Below are positions 62,055 to 64,000 of a stretch of DNA of 64,000 bases, in pieces. Source of the stretch: Octopus vulgaris (Eukaryota); the NCBI GenBank assembly GCA_951406725.2, contig OX597825.1:36084001-36148000 (forward strand). The letters are read 5' to 3'. Made by a program: the position numbers and the translations under genes. Under the pieces are notes generated by a model that did no database searches, was not told where the DNA came from, and saw nothing but the letters and a program-made list of their open reading frames with translations. The first letter of the stretch is position 1. Each line of letters opens with the position of its first letter.

Positions 62055-64000
62055 ATGGAAAGATACTTGAAACCGGACAGATTGAATGCCGATCCAAACT
62101 CCACAAATGCTGACAAGATTTTAAATCATTGGTTTAGAACTTTCACCAACTTTATAGATCAGGGCAGGAAGGTAGAATTATCGATAAACTCAATCTTTTG
62201 ATTAATTATGTGGAACCGAACGTATAAAAATTCATTAGTGAAGTTAAGAACTATGAACAAGCTGTAAACACACTAAAGAGTGTGTATATTAAACCAAAGA
62301 ACATCATAATGACACGCCATCTTTTGGCCACAAGAAGACAAACCCGGAGAATCTCTAGAACAGTACTTAAACGAACTCAAAATACTTGCGAAAGACTGTG
62401 ACTTTATTGCAGTGAATGCTGAGCAGCACCGGTATGAAATAATTCAAGATGCGTTTATAAATGGACTCATTTCGAATCAAATAAGACAGAGACTATTAGA
62501 AAACAAAAGTGTCGATCTTAGTACGGCTTATGATCAAGCACGTTCGCTAGATGTGGCGCAACAGGGTTCCAGTGTCTTTTCAAACTCTGAGTGTCCCTAC
62601 TTCAGTCTAACGGCACACACCGGAGTCAAGCCAATTGATTCCTCTAAGCCAGAAGAAAAACACTCTGCCGCGATCCAAAAAGGAAAACCCTCTCTTGGTT
62701 TTGAGGCTATTCCAGACACCCGCAGACTCGTTGTCCTGCGCGGAAAGCAGTCTGTCACAAATGCAAAAAAAAAAAACACAATCTACGATTGGCAGTATCA
62801 GCATCAGCAGGTTCACCCTTCCGAGTAACCTCCATAGTTATACTGAACAATACTTACAAATCCGAAGCATTAATTGATAGCGGTAGCACTGACAAGAGCT
62901 TCATCAGTGAGAGGCTAGTGAACATACTCAACATCAAAACGGTCAACATCAAAATGGTGATTGACTATTCAGAGACAACGAATATACACAGCTTGATGCC
63001 TACCCTCTTCCTAAAATCGATAAGTTAGTAAACGCTATTGCCCACTATAAAGTTTACAATAGACTTATGTCCAGCATACCATCAGATTTCTCTATCAGAT
63101 CGTCGATTCACAGCCTTTGAAGCTGACGGTAAATTATGGCATTATATAGGATGCCATTCAGAGTAACTAATGGCAGTGCATGTTTCCAGCGTATAATGGA
63201 TGACTTTGTGAGTAAATACAAACTGCGAGATACGTTCCCATTCATAGACAATCTAACCATATGTGAGAAAGATCAAAATGATCACGATATGAATTTAGAA
63301 AAATTCGAAATAGCAGCAAAAAGTGAGGGGCTCACCATGAATGAAGAGAAATGCGTTTACTCAACAACACTTGACTTTCTTGGATACCGTATCTCGCACA
63401 ATACCCTCAGCCCTGACCCAGAAAGGCTTGCTCCACTCCTCAATCTTCCTATACCAACCGACCAGAAATCATTAAAACGAATAGTCGGTATGTTTTCTCA
63501 TTATGCTAAGCGGATGTCCAAATTTTCTGACAAAATATATCATCTCAATAATGTATCAAAATTGCCTCTGAACAACCAACAAAAGCATTTCAGTCATTGA
63601 AGATAGAATTAGCTAATGCTGGCATTCAAATAGTAAATGAGAACATTCCATTTATTGTTGAGACGGATGCTTCAGATTTTGCTATATCTGCAACAATAAA
63701 TCAAGATGGAGGACCAGTCGCATTCCATTCAAGCGCGCTACAAGGTAGCGAAGAGTACCACTCCTCTGTTGAAAAGGAAGCCCAAGCAATTATCGAATCA
63801 ATTCATCATTGGAGACTCTTTCTGCTAGGTAGACATTTCACATTAATTACTGATCATTCATATATAATTATGAAGCGACGAGCAAAATTAAAAGTGATAA
63901 AATTATGAGGTGGCGCACTGCGTTATCTCCATACCCATATGATATTCACTATCACCCAGGATCCAATAATATCGCTCCGGATGCATTCACTTGGGTACGC
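62055..64000 (+). mobile_element. Decayed Ty3/Gypsy LTR retrotransposon gag-pol, running off the window end
   Basis: gag MERYLKPDRL..HWFRTF, DAFINGL; protease ALIDSGST; RT YRMPF.VTNGSACFQRIMD, FIDNL, FLGY; RNase H ETDASDFAI, EKEAQAI, TDH; frameshifts and deletions. Confidence 0.92.

Overview
AT-rich, repeat-dense animal genomic DNA. The SINE, Penelope and mariner content looks like an octopus/cephalopod genome, but that is an inference. One host gene is present: a 14-exon cytosolic ALDH1-type aldehyde dehydrogenase on the minus strand (ATG 44793, stop 16214, 1491 nt, 496 aa). I rebuilt it exon by exon with GT-AG junctions and consistent phases, and the catalytic residues are intact. The rest is transposon-derived: decayed mariners, MITEs, non-autonomous Helitrons, an RTE-LINE fragment, a Tx1/L1-like ORF1-only element, a decayed Gypsy element, a solo LTR, many SINEs and microsatellites. 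Main points of interest: (1) a head-to-head pair of tRNA-headed SINEs, each ending in a minimal Penelope-type hammerhead ribozyme, plus several other minimal hammerheads; (2) a SINE whose 3' tail matches the 3' end of the Tx1-like element in the same window; (3) a perfect 145-bp-arm palindrome next to a tandem triplication; (4) an ALDH gene carrying both ALDH1-type and ALDH2-type late introns and a mixed substrate-channel signature.
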